Notes under the pieces: model-generated
Told to the model about the DNA's origin: nothing
The model's database searches: none
Seen by the model: the letters and a program-made list of their open reading frames with translations, nothing else
Shown: one piece after another, positions 12,358-23,775 of the stretch
Layout of the letters: each line of letters begins with the position of its first letter
Position numbering within the stretch: position 1 is the first letter of the stretch
Assembly: GCF_004010195.1 (NCBI RefSeq)
Contig: NC_057728.1
Location: 53,991,313-54,039,658, forward strand
Length of the DNA stretch: 48,346 bases
From: Chiloscyllium plagiosum
Lineage: Eukaryota
Direction of reading: 5' to 3'
Program-made: the position numbers and the translations under genes

Positions 12358-12584
12358 CAGGTCTGCCTGCCTTTCAAACGTTTGCTTTATGTCACTCCAC
12401 TTTTACAAAAGATCTACATTAGTAGCTATTTTCACTAACCGAAACAAATCTGAAGAGGATTTTCGCTTTTACGGAAAAAGGCGAAAATTTTCCCACATAC
12501 ATTAGTGCTCCTTCACTTTACGCCTTTTCGGCTTACGAAAGGTTTCATGGGAACGCTCTACTTTTGGGTAGCGGGGAAAACCTG
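12358..12584. mobile_element. Tigger/pogo-like MITE
   Basis: TA|CAGGT...ACCTG|TA ends with diverged TIRs, and internal repeated CGCTTTTACG/CACTTTACG/GGCTTACGAAA motifs. Confidence 0.5.
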
Positions 12585-12595
12585 TAACACTAGTC

Positions 12596-12955
12596 AGGTG
12601 AAAGCGAGGACTGCAGATGCTGGAGGTTAGAGTCAAGATCAGAGTGGTGCTGGAAAAGCACAGCAGGTCAGGCAGCATCCGAGGAGCAGGAAAATCAACG
12701 TTTCGAGATCTTCATCAGAAACCTGCCCCTCGGATGCTGCCTGATCTGCTTTGTAATACTATTCACCCTCCTAGCTAGATCATTTAGCATTCCCTTGTCT
12801 CTGTACTCTCTCTTTGGTTTTAGCCTGTTATTTACTCCGTTCCCCCACCCCCTATCTTTTGCAATATAACCAACATTTTCCTAATTACCATCAGCTCTGG
12901 GGAAGAGTCACTCAACTTGAAACATTAACTCTGAGTTGAACTTTTCCAGCAGTTT
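12596..12955. mobile_element. Rearranged PLE pseudo-LTR cluster
   Basis: Minus family-A arm (12596-12720), a short inverted arm, then a decayed family-B hammerhead CTGGGGAAGAGTCACTCAACTTGAAACATTAACT near 12897. Confidence 0.7.
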
Positions 12956-12957
12956 CT

Positions 12958-13270
12958 GATTAGAATCCCTACAGTATGGAAACAGGCCCTTCGGCCCAAC
13001 AAGTCCACACCAACCCTCCGAAGAGCAACCCACCTAGATCCATTACCCTATATTTACCCTTGACTAATGCACCTAACACTACAGGCAACTTAGCATGGCC
13101 AAATCACCTGACCTGCACATCTTTGGACTATGGGAGGAAACCTGAGCACCCGGACGAAACCCACGCAGACACGGGGAGAATGTGGAAACTCCACACAGAC
13201 AATTGCCTGAGGTGGGAATTGAAGCCAAGTCCCTGGTGCTGTGAGGTAGCAGTGCTAACCACTGAGCCCC
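12958..13270 (-). mobile_element. HE1-type V-SINE
   Basis: Near full-length head, V-domain and tail, reverse-complemented. Confidence 0.9.
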
Positions 13271-13657
13271 AGAAGAAAACAACAGACGATTTGGACATTG
13301 TGGTGTCACTGTTTGTGGGATCTTGCTGTGTGCAAACTCAGTTGCTGTGTTCCCTACATCATCATAGAGACTTCATTTTAAAAGTGCTTCACTCGATATA
13401 AAGTGCTTTAATATAACTACTAGTCCGCAATGTAAAGCCTTAAGGTAATTCTTTCCTTCATCACATTCTACCTTCTTTTTTTCCGTCCTTCCCTTCTTTA
13501 TTTCCTTCCTTCCATCTGGAACTTTGTCTTTCAGCCATTATCTATTTGTGGGACTAGACTAACGGGGTTAGGGATATTGCCAGGCAATGCAGCCACAGGG
13601 AACACCAGAGCTGAGTCCAGTGCTCCCTCATCTGTGTTTACACTTGTGTATGTTTAC

Positions 13658-14266
13658 GAGTTGAGAGTGTAGTGCTGGAAAAGTGGAGCAGGTCAGGCAG
13701 CATCCGAGGAACAGGACAATCTATGTTTCGGACATAAGCCCTTCATCAGGAATGAGTGAGGGTCTGAGCTGGGGCAGGACTGACTGCGGATAGAGTAGAC
13801 GGTGGCACATGGCTGATAGCGTGGAGCAGAGGATCCAGAAAGAGAATTGCTGTTGAAGGTTTTGTAATTGTAATGTGCACTGGGTATCCTGTACAGGTCC
13901 AATGTGTCCGGAGTCCATGTGGGATCAGATGGTTCCATAAGCAGGCACTGAGGAAGGAGATATGGCTGTGGTAGCGAGTCTGCTTGAGGACATGGTTGAA
14001 GAGCTTCAGGACAGAGGAGAGGACTTGGAGGGTACAGTGAGAGAGAGACTCACTGAGATCTTCATAAAGAGAGGAGGAGAACTTCTTCAAGGTAGACTTC
14101 CTTGGAAGAGGCTTCGCAGTAAAGTTGAAATCAATTTGGAGAAAGTGAGGACGGCAGATGCTGGAGATCAGAGTCAAGAGTGTGGTGCTGGAAAAGCACA
14201 GCAGGTCAGGCAGCATCTGAGGAGCAGAAGAATTTATGTTTCGGTAATAAGCCCTTCATCAGGAAT
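13658..14266 (-). mobile_element. Non-autonomous PLE: pseudo-LTR / ORF N-terminus / pseudo-LTR (family A)
   Basis: Two direct family-A repeats with hammerhead cores at 14262-14256 and 13749-13743. Between them is the peptide KLFNHVLKQTRYHSHISFLSACLWNHLIPHGL, homologous to the ORF at 40400-40861. Confidence 0.85.
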
Positions 14267-14369
14267 TTTAGGAGGGGATCCTGAAGACTTTCCTTTGTGA
14301 TTCAAGATCTTGAGATAGGAAACAGTGGCCCAGCTATCTGTTGAACTAGATGTAGAAGGTTTTTTTTTA

Positions 14370-14790
14370 AATCGTTCAGGGGATAAGGTCTTTACTGATC
14401 GGCATTCATTTCTCATCATCGGTTACCCTTCAGTAGGTGTTGCTGGAAAAGCGCAGCAAGTCAGGCAGCATCCAAGGAGCAGAGAATCAACATTTCGAGC
14501 ATGAGCCCTTCTTCAGGAATCAGCTCTGATCTCCAGCATCTGCAGTCCTCACTTTCTCCTTCAGTAGGTGGTGGTGAGCTGCTTTCTTGAACTGCTGCAA
14601 GTCCTCATGCTGTCGATAGACCAACAATGCTGTTAGGGAGGGAGTTCCAGGATTTTGACCCAGTGTTACTGTTGGTGTTCCAAGTCCAGATGATGAGTGG
14701 CTTAGAGTAGAACTTTCAGGTGGTGATGTTCCCATGTATCTGCTGCCCTTGTCCTTCTCAATAGTAGCGCTCATGGGTTTCGAAGGTCCA
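14370..14790 (-). mobile_element. LINE (CR1/L2 clade) 3' fragment, interrupted
   Basis: Same family as 8035-8247 (peptide QQFKKAAHHHLLK). Split by the insertion at 14440-14557. Confidence 0.75.
14440..14557. mobile_element. Small inverted PLE derivative (family A)
   Basis: 13-bp TSD CCTTCAGTAGGTG (14427-14439, 14558-14570). Minus hammerhead arm joined to a plus-strand tail. Confidence 0.85.
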
Positions 14791-14993
14791 GATCATGGAA
14801 GATAGACAAGCATCAGTACATCACTCTTGACCAAAGAACAATTCCTTCAAACTTGTGGAAAATTCACAGTTTATTGTGCCAACAATTTGGTGAGTAAATC
14901 CACATGCTAAACTGGACCATGAGTTTCAACTGTCACAACCTTTCTGTCTGTGTTTGGTGGGATGGTATAGCAATTGATTAGATTAAAAACATC

Positions 14994-15523
14994 CAAAGTT
15001 TGGGTGAAGATTTGTAGCTCGGGTTCTCGTTGTTGTGGTTCTGTTCGCCGAGTTGGAAATCTTTATTGCAAATGTTTCGTCCCCTGTCTAGGTGACATCC
15101 TCAGTGCTTGGGAGCCTTCTGTGAAGCGCTTCTATGGGGTTTCCTCCGGCATTTATAGTAGCCTGTCCCTGCCGCTTCCGGTTGTCAGTTTCAGCTGTTC
15201 GCTGTAGTGGCCGGTATATTCGACTGGGACCACACTACCATTATAGGGCAAGCGAAACAAAGAACAGTCAGGGAATTCCTAGAAACATGGCACTCATCCA
15301 CAAACTCCATCAACAAACACATCGACCTGGACCCAATATACCGGCCACTACAGCGGACAGCTGAAACTGACAACCGGAAGCGGCAGGGACAGACCACTAT
15401 AAATGCCGGAGGAAACACCACAGAAGCGCTTCACAGGAGGCTCCCAAGCACTGAGGATGTCACCTAGACAGGGGACGAAACGTTTGCAACAAAAATTTCC
15501 AGCTCGGCGAACAGAACCACAAC
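14994..15523. mobile_element. Poseidon-type PLE, inverted pseudo-LTR structure (family D)
   Basis: TSD ATTAAAAACATC(CA) at 14982 and 15524. About 190-bp inverted arms. GIY-YIG C-terminus FDWDHTTIIGQAKQRTVREFLETWHSSTNSINKH. Confidence 0.92.
15448..15487 (+). ncRNA. Minimal type I hammerhead ribozyme (family D)
   Basis: GCA-CTGAGGA-T-GTCACCT(AGAC)AGGGGAC-GAA-ACGT-T-TGC. Helix I is GCA/TGC, helix III is the palindrome ACGT, and predicted cleavage is after 15484. Confidence 0.8.
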
Positions 15524-15624
15524 ATTAAAAACATCCACCAAGCAAGTTATTAGAAGCCAATTCAATAAAATTAATTAAGGAAGTGCACCTTCTATTTTCT
15601 GTTAGTAGTAAATTACGTAAATCT

Positions 15625-15815
15625 TGGGGTTGGTTATCTCTGTTGGCTGGACTGCTGGTTGGCAATGCAGAGCGTTGCCAATAAGGGAGGTTCAATTCCC
15701 ACACTGACTCAGGTTACAGTAAAGATCTCCCCCTGTGCCTGAGGTGCAGTGAAGTCACATTCAGTTCTCTCTCAAATGAGAGAGCTGTCCTCTGGGACTA
15801 TGATGATTTTATCTT
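15625..15815 (+). mobile_element. Old tRNA-derived SINE
   Basis: B-box-like GGTTCAATTCCC, and similarity to 540-725. Confidence 0.55.
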
Positions 15816-15964
15816 ACCTGTATCACCAGCATTAGATCCATTCTTAATTCGGCTGATATGCTTGAGGAAATCTGACTACTTTTTATCAGAGATCAAGTAC
15901 TTTATAATCCAATTTAAAATGTTAATGCCTAGGACAGTGAGTCCCTTGTTCAGACAGTCCATCT

Positions 15965-16545
15965 GCAGCTGGTAGAATTGAAATTCGATTAATTAATCTG
16001 GAATCGAAAGCTAGGTTCAGTCATGGTGACCACAAAGCTATCATCAATTGTTGTACAAATCCATCTCGTTCACTAATGTGCTTTAGAGAAGGAAATCTGC
16101 CATCCTTACATTGGTCTGGCCTACACGTAACTCCAGACTCACAGCAAAAGGGTTGAACTCTTAACTGCCCAAACAAGTCACTTTAACCTTTTTAAAAATT
16201 TGTTCATGGGATCTCATTATCACCAGCGGGCTCAGCATTTGTTGCCACTTGAAGCTGATTGGTCTGCTATTTCACAGGATAATTCTGAGACAAGCACATG
16301 GCTGTGGATCTGGAGTCACGTGTAGGCCAGACCAGGTAAGGACCTTAGTGAACCGTGTGGGCGCTTTGATGTTATTTGATAGTGGTTTTGTGAACACTAT
16401 TGGACTAGGTATTTATTCCAGATTTTGTATTAATTCAAAATTCACCACCTACCAATGTGGGATCTGAACTGATGTGCACAGAACATTAGCCCAGGGAACT
16501 CTGGATTATTAGTCCAGTGATATTATCACCATACCACCACGTCTC
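15965..16545. mobile_element. Two oppositely oriented tRNA-SINE copies (27500 family)
   Basis: Plus copy at about 15965-16180 and minus copy at about 16195-16545. Both share TGGTCTGGCCTACACGT(A/G)ACTCCAGA. Confidence 0.75.
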
Positions 16546-16809
16546 AGGTAATTAGGGATGGGCTACAATTCTGGTCCTGCCAGTGACCCTCACATCCCTT
16601 TTAAAATTAAACCATAGGGCTGAATCTTGTCTTCTATTGGTTAAGTGCTCCCAGTGCTTCAATTCACCACTCTCTAATACCCGCTGAAAGACTGGTGCCC
16701 ACACTATTTGTAAAAAGCTGCTGTGCATGAAGTCGAGCACTGGCATTGCAAAGCCACTCAGTTTGGTGACTGACATTCATTCAGAAGATATCAGGAAACA
16801 GGAATGTAC

Positions 16810-17410
16810 TGACACAATTCTCCAACAGGGACCTGGAAATCCGTGTGGAGGGATTGGTACAGAGGAGGGCTCTTCCTAGAGTACTGGCGAGAAGGCCACA
16901 AGATAAAACCCCTGGCAGCCCAGTTCCAGGTCCCCATCTGGATCCGTGTGGTTGCCAGGTGTGAAGTATTCGCCAACAGTGCTCTGCTCCACCAGGGGAG
17001 GTTCGACACTTCTCTCTGTTATCTCACCCTCACTCTACCTCTGCTCCTGCACTCACTTCCCACCAGTTCTGCCACTGTCACTATTGCCGATAGCATCTTC
17101 ACTCACTCGACCTTATTTTCATCATTCCTCTACCCCAACACCTCCACATCACTAACCTGACCTTATCCAATGCCTTCTCAATCCCCTGAGACACCTTACA
17201 CCCCCCCTACACCAGCACTAACAGCCGTGCCACCTCCTGTCATATCACTGGGCTTCTCCCTTTCTCTGATTCCAGGAAAAGACACTAGGACAGAAAGGGC
17301 CTGGTTGGGTGGAGCAGACGCCAACACCAGGCTCCTCACTCTCTATGAGGAGAGAATGCGGTCCTTCGCAGGAGAAGACTGAGACTGCTCCTGTGGGGAT
17401 GCTGAGACAT
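16810..17410 (+). pseudogene. Fossil Myb/SANT-like DNA-binding gene of a PIF/Harbinger transposon
   Basis: First block FSNRDLEIRVEGLVQRR (from about 16818), a C/T-rich intron-like spacer, then after a TTCCAG acceptor TERAWLGGADANTRLLTLYEERMRSFAGED. This resembles the ER..TGGG...LT.YEE motif of Myb_DNA-bind_5/MSANTD proteins. Confidence 0.6.
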
Positions 17411-17586
17411 CCATGTCCCACTAACTGAGTAACTACCATTCTTCATTCCATAGGAACTCTCACATTAACCCTACTGTCAGTGTTATCCATTTAATCTTTG
17501 GCCATGATGTTTTCTCTCCCTTGTACCTTGCAGATACTAGCAGGATGTCCATGTCCATAGTTTCACTTTTGACTGTACACAAACCA

Positions 17587-17790
17587 CTTCATCACCTGAT
17601 GAAGGAGCAGTGCTCCAAACGCTTGTGATTTCAAATAAACCTGTCGGACTATAACCTGGTGTCATGTGACATCTGACTTTGTCAAACCCAATCCTGCTCC
17701 TTGGATGCTGCCTGACCTGCTGTGCTTTTCCAGCACCACACTCTCAACTCTGATCTCCAGCATCTGCAGTTCTCTCTTTCTCCAAGTTGA
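17587..17790 (+). mobile_element. Adjacent PLE pseudo-LTR pieces (family C then family A)
   Basis: CAC-CTGATGA-AGGAGC-AGT-GCTCC-AAACGCTT-GTG (mutated core), followed by the family-A 3' half. Confidence 0.8.
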
Positions 17791-18540
17791 CTGAGTGGGC
17801 AAACACAAGGCAGATGCAGTAACATAGATAAATTTGAAATTATACGCTTCAGTGTGAGAAACAGTAAAAAGATGATTATTTAAATGGTGATATCATGGGC
17901 AGTGGGGATGTACAAAGGCAGTTGAATGTCCTGGTACAGCAACCCATGAAAGTGGACAGGCAGGTGCAGCAAGTAAATAGGAAGGCACGTGGTATATTGG
18001 CCTACAATGCAAGAAGATTTGAGTTCAGGAGCAGGAATGTCTTATTGCAGTTATACAGGGCCTTGGTGAGACCACACCTTGATTTTTGTGGTCACTATAT
18101 AGGACAAACAGGAAGACAGCTAACAATCCGCATACATGAACTTCGACTAGGGGATGACAGCACTGTCCCATGAAGAGAGATTGATTCTACTGGGCTTGTA
18201 TTCTTTAGAGTTTAGAAGGAGGAGAAGTGATTTTATTGAAACATATAAATTCTGAGTCTGGAGTCTAGAGCCAGGGGACTCAAACTCAGGATACAAGGCA
18301 CCCATTTAGAATCGAGGTGAGGAAAAACCTTTCCACTCAAACGATGGTGCACCTGTGGAATCTCTACCGCAGAAAGCTGTGGAGACCAAGACATTGAATA
18401 TATTCAAGAAAGAGGTAGGTATGTTTTTAGATTTTAAAAGTGTCAAGGCGTGAAAGCGTGAATGTAGCTTTCAGATATTCAACCATGATCCTGTTGATGA
18501 TGGGTCAGGTTTGAAGGGTCGAATTGGTTTGCTTCTATAT
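17790..18540 (+). mobile_element. CR1 LINE 3' fragment with PLE-derived patch
   Basis: Peptide RNVLLQLYRALVRPHLDFC switches to HYIGQTGRQLTIRIHE at 18093-18141. Confidence 0.85.
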
Positions 18541-19014
18541 TTTAAAGACCCCACTGGCACCAGGAATTCATTCTATCCTGGGCTATCCAGGCTGTGCCTG
18601 GTTGTTCTGGGTACAGTATGGGCTGGACTGTTACTAGGCTCAGAATACAGGGGAGCCATTGGACAGGATAAGGAGTTAATGCGGCCAGTTTGATAAGATA
18701 TAATGAGAAACCTCACTAGATTATGCAGCGAAGAACCCTCCAAACAATTCAATTAAACTGACAACCAAAAAAATTCAAAGATATGGCTCATGTTCACTGT
18801 CACTGAGACTAGTTTTCACTTCCTGATTTAACTGAATTGAACCTGTGCCCCACAGCATTGCCCTGATACAGTAGATTGCTAACCCAACAACATTACCACT
18901 GTGTCCGCAGCCTTCCCCATTGCCAGCTGCTTGTCACCTTGCAGACTGATTTATTGGCTTTTTGCTCTGTCCAGCAGGTTCTAAGGTCCCTTTGTCACGT
19001 TTCAAAAAACTGTC

Positions 19015-19060
19015 ATCTCTCTCTCTCTCCCTCTCTCTCTCTCTCTCTGTCTCTGTCTCC
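19015..19060. repeat. (CT)n microsatellite
   Basis: Directly visible. Confidence 0.9.
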
Positions 19061-19139
19061 CATGCAACACAATGCTCCACGCAAAGAACTGACAAATTGT
19101 CCTTACAGGTACAGGGCACTGGGATAACCTCCATTTTTG

Positions 19140-19465
19140 TGGATGCAATGGTAAAGTGGAATTACTGCTAGATTATTAATCCAGGAACTCAGCTAATGTT
19201 CTGGGGACCTGGGTTCAAATGCTGCCCAAGACTCATGATGGAACTTGAATTCAATAAAGGGAATTAAGGGAGCAAAGATGACCATTATTGACTGATTGAA
19301 AAATCCATCCAGGGTCACCAATTTCCTTTAGGGATAGAAATCAGTCATCCTTACCTGGTCGGGCCTACATACATCTCCAGATCCACAGCAATGTAGGACT
19401 CTTAACTGGACAATTAGAGATGGGCAATCAATGGGATATACTCATCCTGGGAATGAATTTAAAAG
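19140..19465 (+). mobile_element. tRNA-derived SINE (27500 family)
   Basis: GCAATGGT..GGGTTCAAAT head, core and GAATGAAT tail. Confidence 0.8.
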
Positions 19466-19694
19466 ATTACTGCATTCAGCTGATGATTTGAGGACTGGAC
19501 AGTCATCAGTCACCACTGGATTTTGTGCACTTTTCTGGGATAGGGCAGGTAGCTTCCATCAATCTCCCACCAGGATTTGATTGGGAAAAGGTCTACACCG
19601 CACTTTGACCTTTTCATTTAATCGCACTCGGATCTAGGATTCTCAGTCCTATCCTTTTGAAGAAAACCTCAGGTGGGTTTTTCCTTCATGGTTG

Positions 19695-19950
19695 TCTCAG
19701 TTTCATCCTTGTGTTCAAATCCCTCTGCTTCTGTCCTTACACACCCCACCCCGACCTCTGTGAGCTCCTGCAGTTCTACATCCCTCTGAGTGGCCTCTTT
19801 GCCTTTATCTCTGACCTTTTGTACATCCCAGGATTCCTTCTCTCCATCACTGGGGGTCATACTGTGGGTTGTGGAGACCCTGACGTTCACCGCTTATCCT
19901 GTCTGCCTCTCCACGTGCCTTCCCTGCTTCAGGTCTCTTTCCTAATCCAG
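19695..19950 (+). mobile_element. L2 LINE 3' fragment
   Basis: TCATCCTTGTGTTCAAATCCCTC.. matches the L2 RT C-terminus (ILVFKSL). Confidence 0.65.
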
Positions 19951-20214
19951 TTAAAGTATGATTCCTAAGTGTCCTGGAAAGCATCTCGACTATTTCACTA
20001 TTTTGACGGCAATACAGACTGGATTTGGGAAAACACTTGCAACATTCGAAAAGGCAGTTTGCAACAGTGATGTGTTTGGAAAATTACTTGCGAGTTCTAA
20101 AAGTATAAGGTCAGTGGCATCTTGTAGGGTAGGAAGGTCTATTTGGCCCATCATACTGGTCCAGGTTTGCTGAAGAAGTTATCCAATTCGACTCAAGTAA
20201 GAGCAAAATACGAT

Positions 20215-20725
20215 GGAGGCTGGACACCTGAAATAAGAACAGAAATCGCTGGAGAAACTCAGCAGGTCTGACAGCAGCTGTGGAGAGACAATCAGAGTTA
20301 ACGTCTTGAATCTGATATGGCACCTTTTTAGAAAGGAAGAGTCTTCTTCGGAGTTAGAGTCATTGGAGTCATTGACACACAGAAAGAGACCCTTCGGCCC
20401 ATTGTGTCCATGCCAACCATCAAGCACCCATCTACTCTAATCCCATTTTCTAACTCGTGGTACATAACTTTGTATATTGTGGCACTCTAAGTGATCATCT
20501 AAATGCTACTTAAATGTTGTGATGGTTCCCACCTCCACCACCTTCTAGTTGAAAGATTCTTCCCTAAATCCTCTCTAAACCTCCTGCCTTTTACATTAAG
20601 TCGATGCCTCCCGGTTATTGATCTCTCTACAAAGGGCAAGTTGAAAAGAAGAGTCATATTGGACTTGAAACATTTCTGTCTCCACAGATGTTGGCAGAGC
20701 TGCTGAGTTTCTCCAGCATTTTGTG
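20215..20725. mobile_element. Family-B-like PLE arms around a minus CR1 tail
   Basis: GCTGGAGAAACTCAGC (20268) is inverted relative to GCTGAGTTTCTCCAGC (20702). CR1 tail at about 20360-20635. Confidence 0.6.
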
Positions 20726-21764
20726 TTAATAATCCAGTTAGGCTCATGCTTTTTTCCTGAGGCTATGCAATTTTTTCCCCCTTTTCCAAGAATTATTTCT
20801 AGCTATCCTTCAAAGGTTCCCACTGAATCAGCTTCTGTCATCCTTTGGGTGGTGCATTCCAGATCAAAACAGCTCACTGTGTCCAGGAAATCCCGTCTCA
20901 CCTACTTTCCCCCCGACCACACCCTCGCCCCAACTCCGTCTTTTACCAATTATTTTAAACCAGTCTCCTCTGGTTTTCTTTGCATAAGCTACGCTGACTT
21001 GGTGAGATTTTTGTAATGAATAAGTGGTTTATTCATCATTTTATCCCAGGCAAATTTATTGAATTCCATTTCACAACATATGCTGCTAAGTTTGGAACTC
21101 ATGGCTAGCCTTATATCACAAACACTCAGTCACTGCACACTTTTTCAGCAAGTTTCAATGCTTTATTTGATGTATTCTGCTGTTCAAGCCAAAAAATATT
21201 TTTCCTGGAGGAGTGACAATTACTTAAAACACAGGAAAAAAAAGCCACTGTGAGAAAAATAGAATGGAAAAGCCTGGGCTGTTTTCCCTGGAAGAGGACA
21301 TTTTAAAGAGCTATTTAAAATCATGAGGAGTCTGGGCAAATTAGGTAGGGAGAAACTGTCCCCTTTCATGACAGCATTAAGAACAAGTGAACACAACTGG
21401 AGCAAAGTGAAAGGAGAAAATGCATTTTCAGACAGAGAGGGGCTGGGGGCTGGAGCTTCGTGTCTGGAAGTGTGACGGAGGCTGGTTCAGTTGATGTGTT
21501 CAGATGAGAATTAACTCTCTTTATTTGGAAGGGAAGATGTTCAGGATCACAGGAAAAGGGCAGGAGATCAACATTAAGTGAATTGTTCATTGTCCTTTCC
21601 TATTTCTCAGCCTCTTGCTGACCCTCACTCACCACGCCTCTCGGCTCCTTCACTGTTTCGAAGTTATCCAACTGTTTATCTGATATCCAGTACTAGATAA
21701 ACAGGAGGATCCTCTAATTCAATTTTTGAAAGACTGAACACTTGTATCTGCCTCAAATCCTAAT

Positions 21765-22350
21765 CCATAAAGCCATAAAGGAAGAGGAGTCACCTGTTTG
21801 GCCCCTTGAGCCTGTAATACCATTCAATAGGATCATGGCTGATCCAACACTCCTTACATCCACATCCCTACCCTTTCTCCATAACCCTTGATTCCCTGGC
21901 TGACCAAGAATCTATCTATCTCAGCCTTAAATATGCACAAGGATTCTGCCCCCACAGCTCTGTGTGGCAAGCAATTCCAAAGACTCTCAAACCTCAGACA
22001 GAAGAAATTCTTCCTCATCTGAATCTTAAATTGGCATCCCTTTATTCTATGTTTATGCCCTCTGGTCCTAGACTCTTCCATGAGGGGAAATGTCCTCTCA
22101 GCATTTACACTGTCAAGCTCCTTAAGAATCCTGTATATTTCCACAAGATTGCCTCTAATTCTTCTAAACCCCAGTGAGTAGATTCCCAACTTTGCTCATT
22201 AGACAATTCCTCAATTCCAGGATCAACCTAGTGAACCTTCTGTGAACTGCCTTCAATGAAATGATATCTTTCCTGAACCCAGGGGAACTAAAATTGCTCA
22301 CAATGCTCCAAATGTGCCCTCACCAGTACTTTGCACAGTTGCAATAAGAA
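21765..22350 (-). mobile_element. CR1 LINE 3' fragment
   Basis: ORF 21854-22189: YSLGFRRIRGNLVEIYRIL..ESRTRGH..IFKAEIDRFL. Confidence 0.92.
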
Positions 22351-22392
22351 TGCTCTCATTTCTGACTCCATCTCTCCCATTGGTCAAAGTCT

Positions 22393-22690
22393 GGGTGGCA
22401 TGGTGGCTCAGTGGTTAGCACTGCTGCCTCACAGCACCAGGGTCCCATGTTTAATTCTGGCCTCGGGCGTCTGTCTGTGTGGAGTTTGCACATTCTCACC
22501 GTGTCTGCGTGGGTTTCCTCCCACAGTCTAAAGATGTGCAGGTTAGGTGAATTGGCCATGCTAAATCGCCCATAGTGTTAGGTGCATTAGTCAGAAGGAA
22601 ATGGGTCTGGGTAGGTTACTCTTCGGAGTGTCGGCGTGGACTTGTTGGGCTGAAGGGCCTGTTTCCGCACTGTAGGGAATCTAATCTAAT
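22393..22690 (+). mobile_element. HE1-type V-SINE
   Basis: Head, core and AATCTAATCTAAT tail. Confidence 0.9.
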
Positions 22691-22759
22691 AAGCCATCAT
22701 TTTGCTGTCTTATTTTTGACACTAAGAGAGTTTATGATCTCATGTTGGTGCCATCAGTA

Positions 22760-23320
22760 AGGTGGCCTACTTTCACTATCACAGCATTGCCTGACTATGT
22801 TCATGTCTCAGCTCATTTGTTGCTGAATCCCTCCTTCATGTCTTTATCACCTCTGTACCTGACTGAACTTGCATATCTGGATGCTTGCCCACAAGCTACT
22901 CTTTGCAAACTTAATATAATGGAAAACTCTAATGCCTGTGTCTTATTTCATGCCAAGTCCATCTATTACCCTGGGACCAATGATCTGCATTGGATCACAA
23001 TCAAGCAACACTTGGTTTTAAAATTCTTGCCCTTACTTTCACCATTCTCTATGACCTTGCACATGCCTCCTCACTCCCTCCAATCTCTGTAATCTCCACC
23101 AGTCCCATAACTGTTCATGATCTCCATAAACCTCTGATTCTTGTCCCTGGAACATCCTAATTTGAATCATTCCAACATTGTTGGCCAGGCCTTCAGCAGC
23201 CTAGACCCTGAGCTCTGGAAAACCCCAGATAAAGCTCTCCGCCTCTCTATCCCATGCTCCTCCTTTCATAGATCTTCAAAACCTACCATTCTGATTGGCC
23301 ATCTCCTTAATATCATCTTA
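22760..23320 (+). mobile_element. L2 LINE 3' fragment
   Basis: Peptides TLCKLNIMENSNACVL..LHWITIKQHLVLKFL and GQAFSSLDPELW resemble the L2 RT C-terminus. Confidence 0.75.
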
Positions 23321-23324
23321 AATT

Positions 23325-23495
23325 GAAAGCAAAATACTGCCGATACTGGAAATCTGGAACGAGAAATAGAAAGTACAGGAAAAACTTAGCAGGCCTGTGG
23401 AGAGAGAAGGAGAGTTAATGTTCCAAATCCAGTATGACTTTTCTTCAGAACTTCAGAACCCTGAACAAGTCATATCAGACTCAAAACGTTAACTC
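23325..23495. mobile_element. Palindromic PLE derivative (family B-like)
   Basis: GAGTTAATGTT..TATGACTT / AAGTCATA..AACGTTAACTC inverted arms with decayed hammerhead cores. Confidence 0.65.
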
Positions 23496-23539
23496 GAACC
23501 ACTCCTTATGTAGCTGAGTGGCATATTTTGTTTGATAAC

Positions 23540-23775
23540 ATTCCTGTGAAGGGCCTGCGATGTTTTATTACATTTAGAGTGCTGCATAAATATCAGTCAA
23601 TGTTGCTGTTGTTGAGTAAGTGTTAAATAATGACCAGAATAATTCCCCTGCTCTATGTTGAAATAGCGTCACGGAATCTTTATGTCCACCCAAGAGAGCT
23701 GATGTGGCCTTGGTTTAACAACTCATCAGAAAGATGACACTCCCAGATGTCCAACATTCCCTCAGTATTGCATCG
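23540..23775 (-). mobile_element. DeuSINE fragment
   Basis: Reverse complement of the Deu core (CCTCAGTA..GGTTTAAC..CTCATC). Confidence 0.6.

Noticed and set aside
19669..19890. Acidic, exon-like minus ORF
   Set aside because: It is the antisense of an L2 LINE 3' fragment.
22393..22470. tRNA gene (also at other SINE heads)
   Set aside because: The A/B-box heads continue into V-domain and LINE tails, so these are SINEs rather than tRNAs.
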